A stretch of 64,000 nucleotides of DNA from Chloroflexota bacterium. Its GTDB lineage: Bacteria; Chloroflexota; UBA11872; VXOZ01. The notes beneath the pieces were generated by a model, which saw only the letters and a list, made by a program, of their open reading frames with translations, made no database searches and was not told where the DNA came from. Where the stretch lies: positions 1,632,001 to 1,696,000 of the forward strand of contig OZ244922.1 in the NCBI GenBank assembly GCA_965221905.1. Direction: 5' to 3'. Shown piece after piece: positions 1 to 12,611 of the stretch (positions are counted from its first letter, which is position 1; each line of letters opens with the position of its first letter). Both the position numbers and the translations under genes were made by a program.

Positions 1-725
1 ATAATCTGCAGCAAGCCGCCGGAAACGAGCATATCTTGCGCTTGCGCAAACGACTTGACGCCCGCGCGTCCGCCGACGCAGTCAATCACGATGTCCGCGC
101 CGTCCCCGTTCGTGCGCTCCAGCACTGACTCCACCGGATCGCGCGCGGCGCCGTCGATTATAATTCCCATGTTTCGCTCTGCGGCCAGCCTGCGGCGAAT
201 TGGCAACATGTCGATGCCGCAAAGTTGCGCGGGCATGAAGCGGGTCGCGGCTTGCATGACGAGATTGCCCACCAAGCCCAGGCCAAGAATGACCACGGTA
301 TGGTGCGGTTGGATGCCGGCGGCGGCGGTCCAACCAAGGGAGCTCGAGACGAGGGGTTGAAAGGTGCCGTCTACAAAAGGCACATCGTCCGGCAGCGGTG
401 ACACGCGCCTGCGGATTGCAGACATAGCGTCTCCAATAGCGTATTCAGCGTGAGGCGCGGTGCAGGAGACGCGGTCACCGGGCGCAAACCCGGATACCTC
501 GCTGCCGACTTTCTCAATGACACCAGCCGTAGAATAGCCCATGGCGCCGGGGTCAACCGGTCCGGGCATGACGTAACGCCTCCAAAGTTCCGAGCCGCGG
601 CTAATGAGGCTCCTGTGGACGCGCACGAGTGCCTCGTTGGGGCCGAGATCGGGAATCGGCACTTGCTCCATCACGATGTTGCCCAAGCCCTCATGTTTGG
701 CCACACGCCACATCATGTCAGCCAT
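1..725 (-). CDS. Zn-binding/MDR-family alcohol dehydrogenase (runs off the window edge)
   Basis: Manual translation from ATG at 725: MADMMWRVAKHEGLGNIVMEQVPIPDLGPNEALVRVHRSLISRGSE... and near the edge ...TNGDGADIVIDCVGGRAG..., which fit the MDR GroES-like and Rossmann domains. Missing from the ORF track because no stop lies in the window. Confidence 0.75.
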   Translation of the reverse strand, partial: MADMMWRVAKHEGLGNIVMEQVPIPDLGPNEALVRVHRSLISRGSELWRRYVMPGPVDPGAMGYSTAGVIEKVGSEVSGFAPGDRVSCTAPHAEYAIGDAMSAIRRRVSPLPDDVPFVDGTFQPLVSSSLGWTAAAGIQPHHTVVILGLGLVGNLVMQAATRFMPAQLCGIDMLPIRRRLAAERNMGIIIDGAARDPVESVLERTNGDGADIVIDCVGGRAGVKSFAQAQDMLVSGGLLQI

Positions 726-866
726 TTTGTTACAAACCTCTCTCGTTGAAGAACGACACCAATCTGCACGTAGCTGCAATAGTCACGAGGTGTGAGAACG
801 AGCATGCCGTATGGGCCTTTCCGTCACTTTACGTGAATCATTTCCATAATTCCCGTGAACCTCCTC

Positions 867-899
867 CGTCATTCCCGTGAAAACGGGAATCCATCTTCA
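867..899. repeat. REP-like palindrome family A (CGTCATTCCCGNGAAANCGGGAATCCA)
   Basis: GAAA-loop hairpin. Related copies at 2289-2334, 3715-3740, 28802-28828, 55179-55205 and 55752-55777, with compensatory stem changes. Confidence 0.8.
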
Positions 900-1101
900 C
901 GTGCCGCGAAACAGTGCAGTTGTGCGGAGAAGCAACCGCAGCATGCTTGTGTTCGTTTTTTAGCTGTTGTTACTCGATCTCTTCTATGAAGCGCGTTGAC
1001 TTGGCGTACCTATCGACGACCTTAGATTCCTCGCTGCCGCTCGGAATGACAGCTATCCGGGTAAAATGTCCCTAAACAATGATACATAGCTTCCATAGAG
1101 C

Positions 1102-2178
1102 CTAGTCGGAACGGTACCTCGGCTGACGCGCCACGTGGTCGTGACGGATGAACCGTAGGTCGTGATTGGTCAGCGGGAGCTCTACCCGCGCGCCGCCGCG
1201 ACGGTGCGATTCGATCATGCCAAAGATGATCTGCGTGTTCCAATACGCCACTTCCACGCCGCCGCGGGTTGGCTCACCCGTATCGAGGGCGTGAACAATG
1301 TCGTTGACGAGGTTTAGCGTCGCGCTCGTCGGCGGGGAATCCAGGTTTGGGCTATCCTCAGACGAGTCCATGTGTTTCGCACGGGTGCGGAAGTCAACGC
1401 CGTTGTTCAAGGCGGTAATGACACCGTTGCCGCAGACGGCCTCAACCTCAGATCGCCTGGGACTATCCAGGGCATAGCCGATGACGTCGTTTTCAAACAT
1501 GATGATGCCCGTGCCCGCCGGGTCTTCCAGCACTTCCGTGCCGACCACGAGCTCATCGAAGTGGAAGACATAGGCCTGTACCCACTTAGGCGTGAGGTCG
1601 TTGTTAAGATATATAAGTAGATCGAAGAAGTGACTTGACGTATTGAAGAAGTTCCCGGTTGAGAAATTGATGAGCGTGCGGAGATCTCCAAAGTCGCCCG
1701 AGTTAATCTTGTCACGCATCTCTCGAAAACCGTCATGCCAGCGGCGATTCGTGCCCATGTTGAAGGCGACGTTGTTCGCGCGGACGGCGTCGCGAATGGC
1801 TTCGGACTCCCCCACGGAAGCGCAGAGGGGCTTCTCGACATAAAGTGCCCGCACGCCCTGCTCGATGGCATGAAGAATGATCTCGGCGCGCTGCTCCGGC
1901 TGTGTGGCGATGCTGAGAATGTCCGGCTGTTCGTTGGCAATTAGGTCGCGGTGGTTGGTATACCAGTGATCGGATCCCACGTTGTAGCGTTCGCCAAATT
2001 GCGCCAAGACGTCGGGGCGCAGGTCGGCGCCTGCTACGAGATCGGTACGCGGACATGCCTCATAGCCGGCGGCATGCGAATACGGTAGCGGTATCGAGCG
2101 ATTTGCGGTGACCTCATTGTCGATGAAGGCTCCCATGCGGCTGCAGCCGACCAGCGCAGCCCGATACGTCTTTGCCAT
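1102..2178 (-). CDS. Gfo/Idh/MocA family oxidoreductase
   Basis: N-terminal Rossmann AALVGCSRMG, PDILSIAT, YVEKP, NMGTNRRW; 358 aa. Confidence 0.9.
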   Translation of the reverse strand: MAKTYRAALVGCSRMGAFIDNEVTANRSIPLPYSHAAGYEACPRTDLVAGADLRPDVLAQFGERYNVGSDHWYTNHRDLIANEQPDILSIATQPEQRAEIILHAIEQGVRALYVEKPLCASVGESEAIRDAVRANNVAFNMGTNRRWHDGFREMRDKINSGDFGDLRTLINFSTGNFFNTSSHFFDLLIYLNNDLTPKWVQAYVFHFDELVVGTEVLEDPAGTGIIMFENDVIGYALDSPRRSEVEAVCGNGVITALNNGVDFRTRAKHMDSSEDSPNLDSPPTSATLNLVNDIVHALDTGEPTRGGVEVAYWNTQIIFGMIESHRRGGARVELPLTNHDLRFIRHDHVARQPRYRSD

Positions 2179-2529
2179 GTTAAGTGCTCCCTATGTGTAC
2201 AGGCGTTTTGTACTCGCTGAAGCTGCAATTCCCTTGACGGCATCCGCAATACACCATATACCATCTAGGAATTGAAATGTTGCCGTTCCGTCATTCTCGC
2301 GAAAGCTCGCCCCCACACGGGGCCGCGGAATTCATCATCGTGCTATTCAATGCCATACCGCTTCATGGAACGACAACAATATCATTCAAGAGTGCAGAGC
2401 GCTTGATCGACTCTTCCGCAGCCACTCTGAACACTTGCGCAAGAGTGGATTCGGTCGGATATTCAAGAATTCTCGCTTACGCTCCAAATGACTTCCTTAG
2501 GTGACGAGTTCAATCGACATCGTGAAAAC

Positions 2530-3606
2530 CTAGCCCGGCTGGTATGTGGGCTGGTTGGCCGCGCGGTCGTGACGGATGAACCGCAGGTCATGGTTGGTCA
2601 GTGGGAATTCCACCCGCGCGCCGCCCCGACGGTGCGACTCAATCATCCCGAAGATCACTTGCATATTCCAATACGCCACTTCCGCCCCGCCCCGAGTCGG
2701 CTCTCCCGTATCGAGGGCGTGGACGATATCGTTGACGAGGTTCAGGGTGGAACTTACGTTGGGGAAGTCCAGGTTTGGTCCGTCCTCAGACGTTTCTGTG
2801 TCCTGCAAGCGGGTGCGAAATTCCACGCCATTGTCCAGGGCCGTAATCACGCCTCTACCGCAGACGGCTTCGAATTCAGCGCGCCGGGAACTGTCCAGGC
2901 CATAGCCGATGACGTCGTTTTCAAACATGATGATGCCGGTGCCAATGGGATCGTCCAACACTTCTGTCCCCACAACGAGCTCGTCAAAATGAAAGACGTA
3001 GGCTTGCACCCACTGGGGAGTGACATCATGGTTGAGGTATAGCATCAGGTCGAAGAAGTGGCTGAACCCATTGAAGAACTGCCCGGTCGAATAGTTGATG
3101 AGCGTGCGCAAATCGCCGATATCGCCTGAGTGTATCCTGGCGCGCATCGCCTCAAAACCGTTGTGCCAGCGACGGTTCGTGCCCATGTTGAAAGCGACGT
3201 CATTGGCGCGGACGGCGTCGCGAATGGATTCAGCTTCGGCAACAGAAGCGCAAAGCGCCTTTTCGACATACAGCGCGCGGACGCCCTGCTCGATGGCGTG
3301 CAGGATGATCTCACAGCGCTGCTCCGGTTGCGTGGCGATGCTGAGGATATCGGGCTGCTCGTTCGCTATGAGTTCTCGATAGTCGGTATACCAGTGGTCG
3401 GATCTCACGTTGTAGCGGGCGCCGAATTTCGCGACCACCTCCGGGCGGAGGTCAGCGCCGGCGACCAGATCGGTGCGCGGACACGCCTCGTAGCCCGCGG
3501 CATGGGAATAGGGCAGGGGAATAGAAGGATTATCCGGAACTTCATTATCGATGAAAGCGCCCATGCGGCTGCAGCCGATCAGCGCGGCGCGGTACGTCTT
3601 TGCCAT
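2530..3606 (-). CDS. Gfo/Idh/MocA family oxidoreductase (tandem paralogue of 1102-2178)
   Basis: Same length (358 aa), colinear and highly similar to the adjacent gene; YVEKA in place of YVEKP. Confidence 0.9.
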   Translation of the reverse strand: MAKTYRAALIGCSRMGAFIDNEVPDNPSIPLPYSHAAGYEACPRTDLVAGADLRPEVVAKFGARYNVRSDHWYTDYRELIANEQPDILSIATQPEQRCEIILHAIEQGVRALYVEKALCASVAEAESIRDAVRANDVAFNMGTNRRWHNGFEAMRARIHSGDIGDLRTLINYSTGQFFNGFSHFFDLMLYLNHDVTPQWVQAYVFHFDELVVGTEVLDDPIGTGIIMFENDVIGYGLDSSRRAEFEAVCGRGVITALDNGVEFRTRLQDTETSEDGPNLDFPNVSSTLNLVNDIVHALDTGEPTRGGAEVAYWNMQVIFGMIESHRRGGARVEFPLTNHDLRFIRHDRAANQPTYQPG

Positions 3607-3855
3607 TCTAACTGCTCCTGATGATTTCCCCGTAATGCCTGTTCGTCCGGACTGTTTCGCTGACAGAATCTGTATCTTGGCTAATGCGAAGAAAGAATCT
3701 AAGTCACGTCACTTCGTCATGCCGGCGAAATCCGGAATCCTTCCTTTCGTTCGCCCTCCATTCCTGCCCGTATCAGATGCGGAGCAGGCTTTCCGCCTCA
3801 GTGACAAACCATTCGCCTTGACCTTGTCGAATGGTGAGCGGGCTCCCTGTCTGCC

Positions 3856-4953
3856 TTACCCACCGGGAATGTAGAGGCTCCGGTCGGCAACCGGCAGCGA
3901 CACACGCGCGCCTCCCTGCAACGAGGAATACGCGATGCCGAACTGCGTTTCCACGGCTTGCATCGTTACGTTGATATTGCCGTCTGTGCGTTCACCGGTC
4001 TCTATCTCACGAATGATGTTGTGAATGTTCGTAATGCCTGGAGGATCTCCCGCAGCGTGGATGGTAGTCTCTTCCACTTCGTCGCCGCGCCGCAACGGCC
4101 GCTGGATGCGGGTATCCATGCCATTGTCCCAGGCAAGCGCACGACCCTCCGTGCCGCGAACTTCCAGATCAAAGGATCTCGGCGTGGGCACAAAGTAGCC
4201 CACGGCGCCGGTCTCATAGCCAACGCGGAAGAAGTCCACCATAGGGTCGGCGATTTCCTGGCCTGGCAGTGGCTCAAAGCTGTGGTTTTCAGCATTATAG
4301 GGAGCGGTTGCTCGCTCAGAGCCCTTAACTCGCGGATCGCTGGGGTCAACCAAGCGCCCTTCCACCCACACCGGTGTAGGATCGCCCAACATCATCTGGA
4401 CCAGGTCAATGGTGTGAGGGTGATGCTTGATGATGTCGGTGAAGTAGTTGAGAATTGCGTGAATGGGCCGGCCGATAGCCCCGCCCTGGATGGCGTCCCG
4501 CAACCGCTTGTAGGCGTCGTGGTGGCGGCGCTGGGCGCCCCAATTGAATGCCACGTTGTTGCGGGTTACGGCCGCATGGATGCGGTCGGCTTCTGCCAGC
4601 GAAGCGCACAGGCCCTTCTCCGCAAATATCCCCTTTACACCGTGCTCGGCGCAGAATATGATCGGTTCCGCACGGGCAAACGACGGCGTGGTGACGCTCA
4701 CAATGTCCGGCTTTTCCTTTTCAATCATCTCGCGATAATCGAGATAGGTGTTAGTCATGCCAAAGCGTTTGCAAAACCGATCCAGGCGCTCTCTGCCCCG
4801 GTTGGCCACGGCGACCACCGTCGTTTCCGGCATGGCGTCATAGCTGGGGAAATGCCCGTAGGGTGTCATGAAGCTACGATCACCTTGCTCGTCCTCGATG
4901 AGGCCGCCCATGCGACCGGTTCCGATGATGGCGACTCGATACTGCTCGCTCAC
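3856..4953 (-). CDS. Gfo/Idh/MocA family oxidoreductase
   Basis: VAIIGTGRMG, PDIVSVTTP, FAEKG motifs; GTG start overlaps the upstream VOC gene stop. Confidence 0.88.
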   Translation of the reverse strand: MSEQYRVAIIGTGRMGGLIEDEQGDRSFMTPYGHFPSYDAMPETTVVAVANRGRERLDRFCKRFGMTNTYLDYREMIEKEKPDIVSVTTPSFARAEPIIFCAEHGVKGIFAEKGLCASLAEADRIHAAVTRNNVAFNWGAQRRHHDAYKRLRDAIQGGAIGRPIHAILNYFTDIIKHHPHTIDLVQMMLGDPTPVWVEGRLVDPSDPRVKGSERATAPYNAENHSFEPLPGQEIADPMVDFFRVGYETGAVGYFVPTPRSFDLEVRGTEGRALAWDNGMDTRIQRPLRRGDEVEETTIHAAGDPPGITNIHNIIREIETGERTDGNINVTMQAVETQFGIAYSSLQGGARVSLPVADRSLYIPGG

Positions 4954-5366
4954 AGTTCAACTCCCGGCCACTGATCGCTGCTCGCAGTGACGTCCACCAC
5001 GATGCCGTCCGGGTCTTCGACCTTGAATGAGCCGGAGGGCGGCTTTGAGGGGTCGTACGAATATTCTTGGCCCTCACTCACGCCTTCCCAGAAGATCTCG
5101 TAGCCCATGTCGGAGAGCCGCGTGGCGGCCTCTGCCAAGCTCGATACCTTTACGCCGATGTGAAGGTAGTCCAACATGCCGGACACGTGGGCCGGTCGGG
5201 CCGGTCCCTCGTGCTGAAATACCCGAAAGTTGTGGTAACCGTCACTGAGATCAAAGCCGTGGTGGAGTTCGTTAACCACCTCAAGACCCAGGGCGTCACG
5301 CCAGAAGTGAATAGTCTTGTCTATATTGCTGGCGCGCACACCCACGTGGACTAATGTCGATGCCAT
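4950..5366 (-). CDS. VOC/glyoxalase family protein
   Basis: LVHVGVRASNIDKTIHFWRDALGL, HIGVKV and DPDGIVVDV motifs. Confidence 0.85.
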   Translation of the reverse strand: MASTLVHVGVRASNIDKTIHFWRDALGLEVVNELHHGFDLSDGYHNFRVFQHEGPARPAHVSGMLDYLHIGVKVSSLAEAATRLSDMGYEIFWEGVSEGQEYSYDPSKPPSGSFKVEDPDGIVVDVTASSDQWPGVEL

Positions 5367-5615
5367 TGTATGCCCTTCCTATTCGTAACCGTGCTGATCT
5401 TGGTACATGTACTGCGTTGATGGGTTGTTTCTGTTAGTATAGCGTTCCCTTGGGTTGGCTGCATACAAGCTGCGAGAGATACCTAAACTGACTCTGCGCC
5501 TTGAAGTCATGATGACGAGAGCTTCAGTAGTCCATTGCACGCAAAGGTTGCGCGTAAAATGGCGATCGACTTGCATAGCTACGAGTACGTTTAGATCACA
5601 GCCGCCTGCAAGCTA

Positions 5616-6446
5616 CTATGGGGCTAAATGGCGGGCGAGTGCAGCATACACCTGTTCGCACAGGGCGTGTTCGGATACTCCCGGGATTGCCGGTTGGTGA
5701 GAGGTCACATAGCCCTGGTAATCAATGGCAGAAAGCCCGTCAAAGAAACGCGGCAAGTCAACGCCGCCCGGGTCGCCAATCACCAGCCGTTCGTAGCGAA
5801 CCGTGCCGCGATTGGTTTCGACGGAGGAATCGCCGCTGTCCGTGACGCGCAAGTTTTGCACATAGACGTTGAAGACGGATGTGCCGAGCGGCGCTAAGGC
5901 CGCCGGGCCATAGTCCTCTTCACAGAGCGCGAAGTTCGCAGGTTCCAGTATGAGACCAAAATTTGGTCGGGCAATGCGTTCGATCATCTCCTGGCAGCCC
6001 GCGGCGGTTTCGAACGGCGTGGCGGTGTGGGTCTGTTGGGCGAGTCGAATGCCGAACTCCCGAGCTTCGTCCGCTGCACGCTGCGCCCACACTATGTCGT
6101 CCTGACTCTTGACGCCCACGCGAATGAGGTCTGCCCCAAGCGCGTTGGCGCGCTTCAGGGTTGGTTCCAGATCGCGCAACGGCGTGCCTGCTTCGAGAGC
6201 CCTTCCTTCTCGCGGCACACGAGAGTCCGTGGTGATCATCGAGGCGGCTAATCCTTGCCGATCAAGGATGGCGCGCATCTCGTGTACGCGTTCAAGCGGG
6301 GTTGTACTTGTAAGATGTGTGGGCCGCACGCAGACGGCCTTGAAGCCGACACGGGCGGCAAGCTGCGCCAACCCGGTGAAATCAAGAGACGCATGGTCCT
6401 TGATGTCCTCGGCTTCAGCGATGCGTCCCGACAGTGAAAGTTGCAT
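5616..6446 (-). CDS. Sugar phosphate isomerase/epimerase (xylose isomerase-like TIM barrel)
   Basis: Likely start MQLSLSGR at 6446; GIRLAQQTH, NFGLILEPAN, IGDPGGVDL..FF..L..IDYQG pattern. Confidence 0.75.
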   Translation of the reverse strand: MQLSLSGRIAEAEDIKDHASLDFTGLAQLAARVGFKAVCVRPTHLTSTTPLERVHEMRAILDRQGLAASMITTDSRVPREGRALEAGTPLRDLEPTLKRANALGADLIRVGVKSQDDIVWAQRAADEAREFGIRLAQQTHTATPFETAAGCQEMIERIARPNFGLILEPANFALCEEDYGPAALAPLGTSVFNVYVQNLRVTDSGDSSVETNRGTVRYERLVIGDPGGVDLPRFFDGLSAIDYQGYVTSHQPAIPGVSEHALCEQVYAALARHLAP

Positions 6447-6671
6447 TAGTGGTTTCCCGGTTCTACACAATGCAGCGCGCATTGGATTGAACACACTATA
6501 CGCCGCCCGCAAACGTCAAAACAAGCATGTTCGGCGATCGATGACGGCGCCAATTGTCAGTGGCCGCCGCCGCGTGTTGCACCGCGTGGAATATAGTATC
6601 CTCTAGTCAGAGATCCAAGAGAGAGCACAATCGTTCTATTGCGTGATTTGTACGAAATTCGAGGACTTTTG

Positions 6672-9452
<2,781 letters not shown>

Positions 9453-9494
9453 AGGAGAAGAGCGTTTTCGCAGAGTCCTTTCGCGCGATGTGAT

Positions 9495-9544
9495 CCGTTC
9501 GCCCTGAGCACTTCGACAAGCTCAGCACAGGCTTGTCGAAGGGC
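9495..9544. repeat. REP-like palindrome family B (CCCTTCGACA(A/G)GCTCAGGGCGAACGG), nested copy
   Basis: Further copies or variants at 3810-3842, 11552-11575, 11647-11672, 22284-22327, 52888-52980, 53049-53077 and 59734-59884. Confidence 0.8.
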
Positions 9545-9746
9545 CGTTCATGGTTCGACAGGGACTTGGCGAAGCCACCTCGCCACGAACGGCTTTGGCG
9601 GACTCTGCAATCAGCCCATAGTGGACTCTGCAATCAGCATATAGCGGATTGGGACATTGAGGCGGTACCTGCGCTTGAGCATTGAATCTGCTACCGCCGC
9701 AATAGAGTTACGTGAATAGCACTTTTCTTGGGGGCAGTAACAACCG

Positions 9747-10715
9747 ATGCGTATTGCAATTCTAGAGATCAGCCACTGGCACGTACCGCTGTACTTGCCG
9801 GCGTTTACGGCGCTTGGCATTACGCCGGTGGCGGTGTCGGACGAGCAGCCGGGCTACGCCGAACGGTTCGCCGGTCAATATTCCGGTTGCACGCCGTACG
9901 TGGACTATGTGGAACTCTTAGAAACAGAGAAGCCCGACTTCGTGTTCGTGTTTGGGCGCTACCGGCTGCAGCCTGAAATCGCCACCGCACTCCTCGAGCG
10001 GCGCATTCCCTTCGTCATCGAGAAACCGCTCGGTACTGACGCCGGTCAATTCGAACGGTTGATCGCACTGGCTAAGCAAAATGACGTCTTTGTCGCTATA
10101 CCACTTACGAACCGCGCGGCGCCGTTTTCCCAAGCCGTGATGGAGTTGCGCGCAAACGGACGCATGGGGCAGATTAGGCATGCTCACTTTCGCTATGCCG
10201 GCGGCCCGGTGCAGCGGTACGTAGATTCCGGCTGTCCTTGGATGCTAAATGCTGAAGAGTCCGGCGGTGGCGCGCTCCGTAACCTTGGCGTACACTATGC
10301 AGACCTCTTTTCCTGGTTCACAGGAAGCCGGGAAGTACGCGTGGGGTCCGCCCACTTGCGGCGCATCACGCCGGGAATTCCAGTGGAAGAGTATGCAAAC
10401 GTTTCGTTTTGCGGTGATGGCGACGCCTTTGCCACAGTCGAAGTTGCGTATACGTATCCGGCGGATGCCGCCGACGTGGTCTGGAACGTGAGCGACGGCA
10501 CAACCTACGTTACGTATCGCGACGGCGCAACGCGCATCATTACCGAAGAGGGTATCGAGGAGCGCGGCGGCCACTCCGTGCCGGGACTCTACCAGGATTT
10601 CGTCAAGAATACGTTGCATGCATACCGCGAGGGACAAGCTCCCCTCGCTACCATCGAAGATATGCACCGCGCCATGGTGCTAGTGGATGCCTGCTACGCT
10701 AAGGCGGGTAAGTAA
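9747..10715 (+). CDS. Gfo/Idh/MocA family oxidoreductase
   Basis: EKPDFVFV, VIEKPLG, SGGGALRNLGVHYAD motifs. Confidence 0.85.
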   Translation: MRIAILEISHWHVPLYLPAFTALGITPVAVSDEQPGYAERFAGQYSGCTPYVDYVELLETEKPDFVFVFGRYRLQPEIATALLERRIPFVIEKPLGTDAGQFERLIALAKQNDVFVAIPLTNRAAPFSQAVMELRANGRMGQIRHAHFRYAGGPVQRYVDSGCPWMLNAEESGGGALRNLGVHYADLFSWFTGSREVRVGSAHLRRITPGIPVEEYANVSFCGDGDAFATVEVAYTYPADAADVVWNVSDGTTYVTYRDGATRIITEEGIEERGGHSVPGLYQDFVKNTLHAYREGQAPLATIEDMHRAMVLVDACYAKAGK

Positions 10716-10740
10716 GTCTCGTTTTGAGGGATGGTGTCAT

Positions 10741-11448
10741 ATGGAGTCGCGAACGATCTTGATCGGCAGCGCCACTGCGCGCACGGGAGAGGCCGTGATT
10801 ACGGCATTCCTCAGTGCCGGGTATCGCGTGGCGGCCACGAGCCGCAGTCGAGACCAACTCGAATCAACGCTGAATCGCATCCCCAATGGGAATTCGGTGC
10901 TTGGGATAGAGGCAGATCTCTCTAAGCCGGAAGATGCCGCAGACGCGGTGCGCCGGACCTGCGCAGCATTCGGTCGTCTGGATGCGGCTACGCTGCTATC
11001 GGGCAGCTTCGATCAGCGCGAGGTAACGGAGACGACATTGGCCGACTTGCAGCATCAGATCGAAGCGAATCTCTATACGAGCTACAATCTTGTGCGTGCG
11101 GCGCTGCCGGTTATGCTGGCGCAAGGGCAGGGCCACATAGTCACAGTCGCGGGCGGCAGCGCCAATGATCCTGCGCCGGGTCGGGCGCTCTTCGGTGCCA
11201 GCAAAGCCGCAGTGGTCACCTTCACTAAGGGCGTGGCTCGTGACTACAAGCAGCGCGGCATTGTGCCCACGTGCCTTGTGGCGGGCACGATTGCGACAGA
11301 AGAGGCGAAGCAATACCTCGATGCTGAAGAATTCCAAAATGCCGTGAGCCTCGATGAGTTTGCCAACGCGCTCGTCTTCCTCGCCTCACCGGCTGCCACC
11401 GGCTTCGCCGGCAGCATCCTGGAACTCTACGCGCGCGAGGTAGACTAG
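10741..11448 (+). CDS. SDR family oxidoreductase (atypical active site)
   Basis: EADLS, FGRLDA, GHIVTV, FGASKAAV motifs; Phe at the usual catalytic Tyr position. Confidence 0.8.
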   Translation: MESRTILIGSATARTGEAVITAFLSAGYRVAATSRSRDQLESTLNRIPNGNSVLGIEADLSKPEDAADAVRRTCAAFGRLDAATLLSGSFDQREVTETTLADLQHQIEANLYTSYNLVRAALPVMLAQGQGHIVTVAGGSANDPAPGRALFGASKAAVVTFTKGVARDYKQRGIVPTCLVAGTIATEEAKQYLDAEEFQNAVSLDEFANALVFLASPAATGFAGSILELYAREVD

Positions 11449-11851
11449 GAGTGCGCGAAGTAGACAAGAACCATCGGAATTCTTGTCCCTATGTGTGTAA
11501 AGTGACATCTCAAGCGTAGCCTAGACGAAGAGTCTGTCGAGATGCAGTAAGCCGTTCGTACTGAGCCTGCCGTAGAGTCGGAAAACGGGCGGCGTGTCGG
11601 ACCCACGGCGGTAGCATGTCCTATGCCACCGTGTCGCTGCCGTTCACCCTTCGACAAGCTCAGGGCGAACGGAGAGTTGGCACTTAGGGCGTTCGCAAGA
11701 AGAGATTCGTTTCGCGGTAAGTGGGGCAGTGCCCCACACGAGATGCGCGTTCGACCACTGCTCACTTTAATAGCCCAATTGCGGGAGCGCGCTTGCGATT
11801 GGTAGTATGGGATGAGAAGCACGACTCCGATCGGAGCCAGGAGATCAAAAC

Positions 11852-12163
11852 ATGGCTATTCTTGCTGTAGACGTAATTCGCGAAGGTTTGAAGGAAGTTA
11901 TCGACCCTGAACTGGGCGTCAATATTGTCGACTTGGGCCTAATCTACGAGATTAAAACCTCTGAGGATGACAACAATGTCGAAATCAGGATGACGCTCAC
12001 ATTCCCCGGTTGCCCGGCGGGGCCGTATATCATCGCCCAGGTGAATCAGGTGGTAGAAGACCTTGAGGGCGTGGAGGAAGTGGACGTTGAGATAGTTTGG
12101 GACCCGGTGTGGTCGCCGGAAATGATGTCCGAAGAGATTCGGATGGAATACGGCTACATGTAG
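11852..12163 (+). CDS. Metal-sulfur cluster assembly factor (SufT/PaaD/DUF59 family)
   Basis: VIDPELGVNIVDLGLIY, MTLTFPGCP, VWDPVWSPEMM motifs; AGGAG RBS. Confidence 0.92.
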   Translation: MAILAVDVIREGLKEVIDPELGVNIVDLGLIYEIKTSEDDNNVEIRMTLTFPGCPAGPYIIAQVNQVVEDLEGVEEVDVEIVWDPVWSPEMMSEEIRMEYGYM

Positions 12164-12611
12164 GTGCTTGGCCCCTACACGTGGCTGCAATTGCTTTGAG
12201 ATTCTTGACAGCCGCCGGATGAGTACTACGGTATTTGATCTGGCGGCTGTCTGTGTGCGGGCCGCCCGTGGCTGAGCCGGCTCTTTTCTATGAAGTATCA
12301 GGTTCTACTGCAAGCCTAGTCAAGCGAAACGCCGAGAAGGTCCGAAGCCGGACGCAGGTTTCAAACCTGCGTTACCAGGGAATACCGACCTGTCGTTCAC
12401 GAGCAACTTACCGAGTCCGTTGAGATTAGCTTGCGACAGGGGGCTAACGGGTAGAGTGGCGCAGAGATCGCCGTAGGCTTGACGCCACTGTCTTGTCGCA
12501 GCAATTAGAACGCTGCGGGCACCACTTTGGTGTATCGGTTTGCGTTCAAGAGACTTACCCGGTCCGTCCTGCGGCGGGTGCCGATTTGATTTGTCGAAGG
12601 GTGATGCGCGT

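Noticed and set aside
3958-4974. Long antisense ORFs (also 7407-8372, 25471-26478, 27247-28233, 45742-47412, 57716-58735)
   Set aside because: Shadow ORFs opposite well-supported genes, expected in GC-rich DNA; no recognisable motifs.
9594-9646. Direct repeat GGACTCTGCAATCAGC x2 as a regulator binding site
   Set aside because: Better explained as duplicated ends of the adjacent repeat element.
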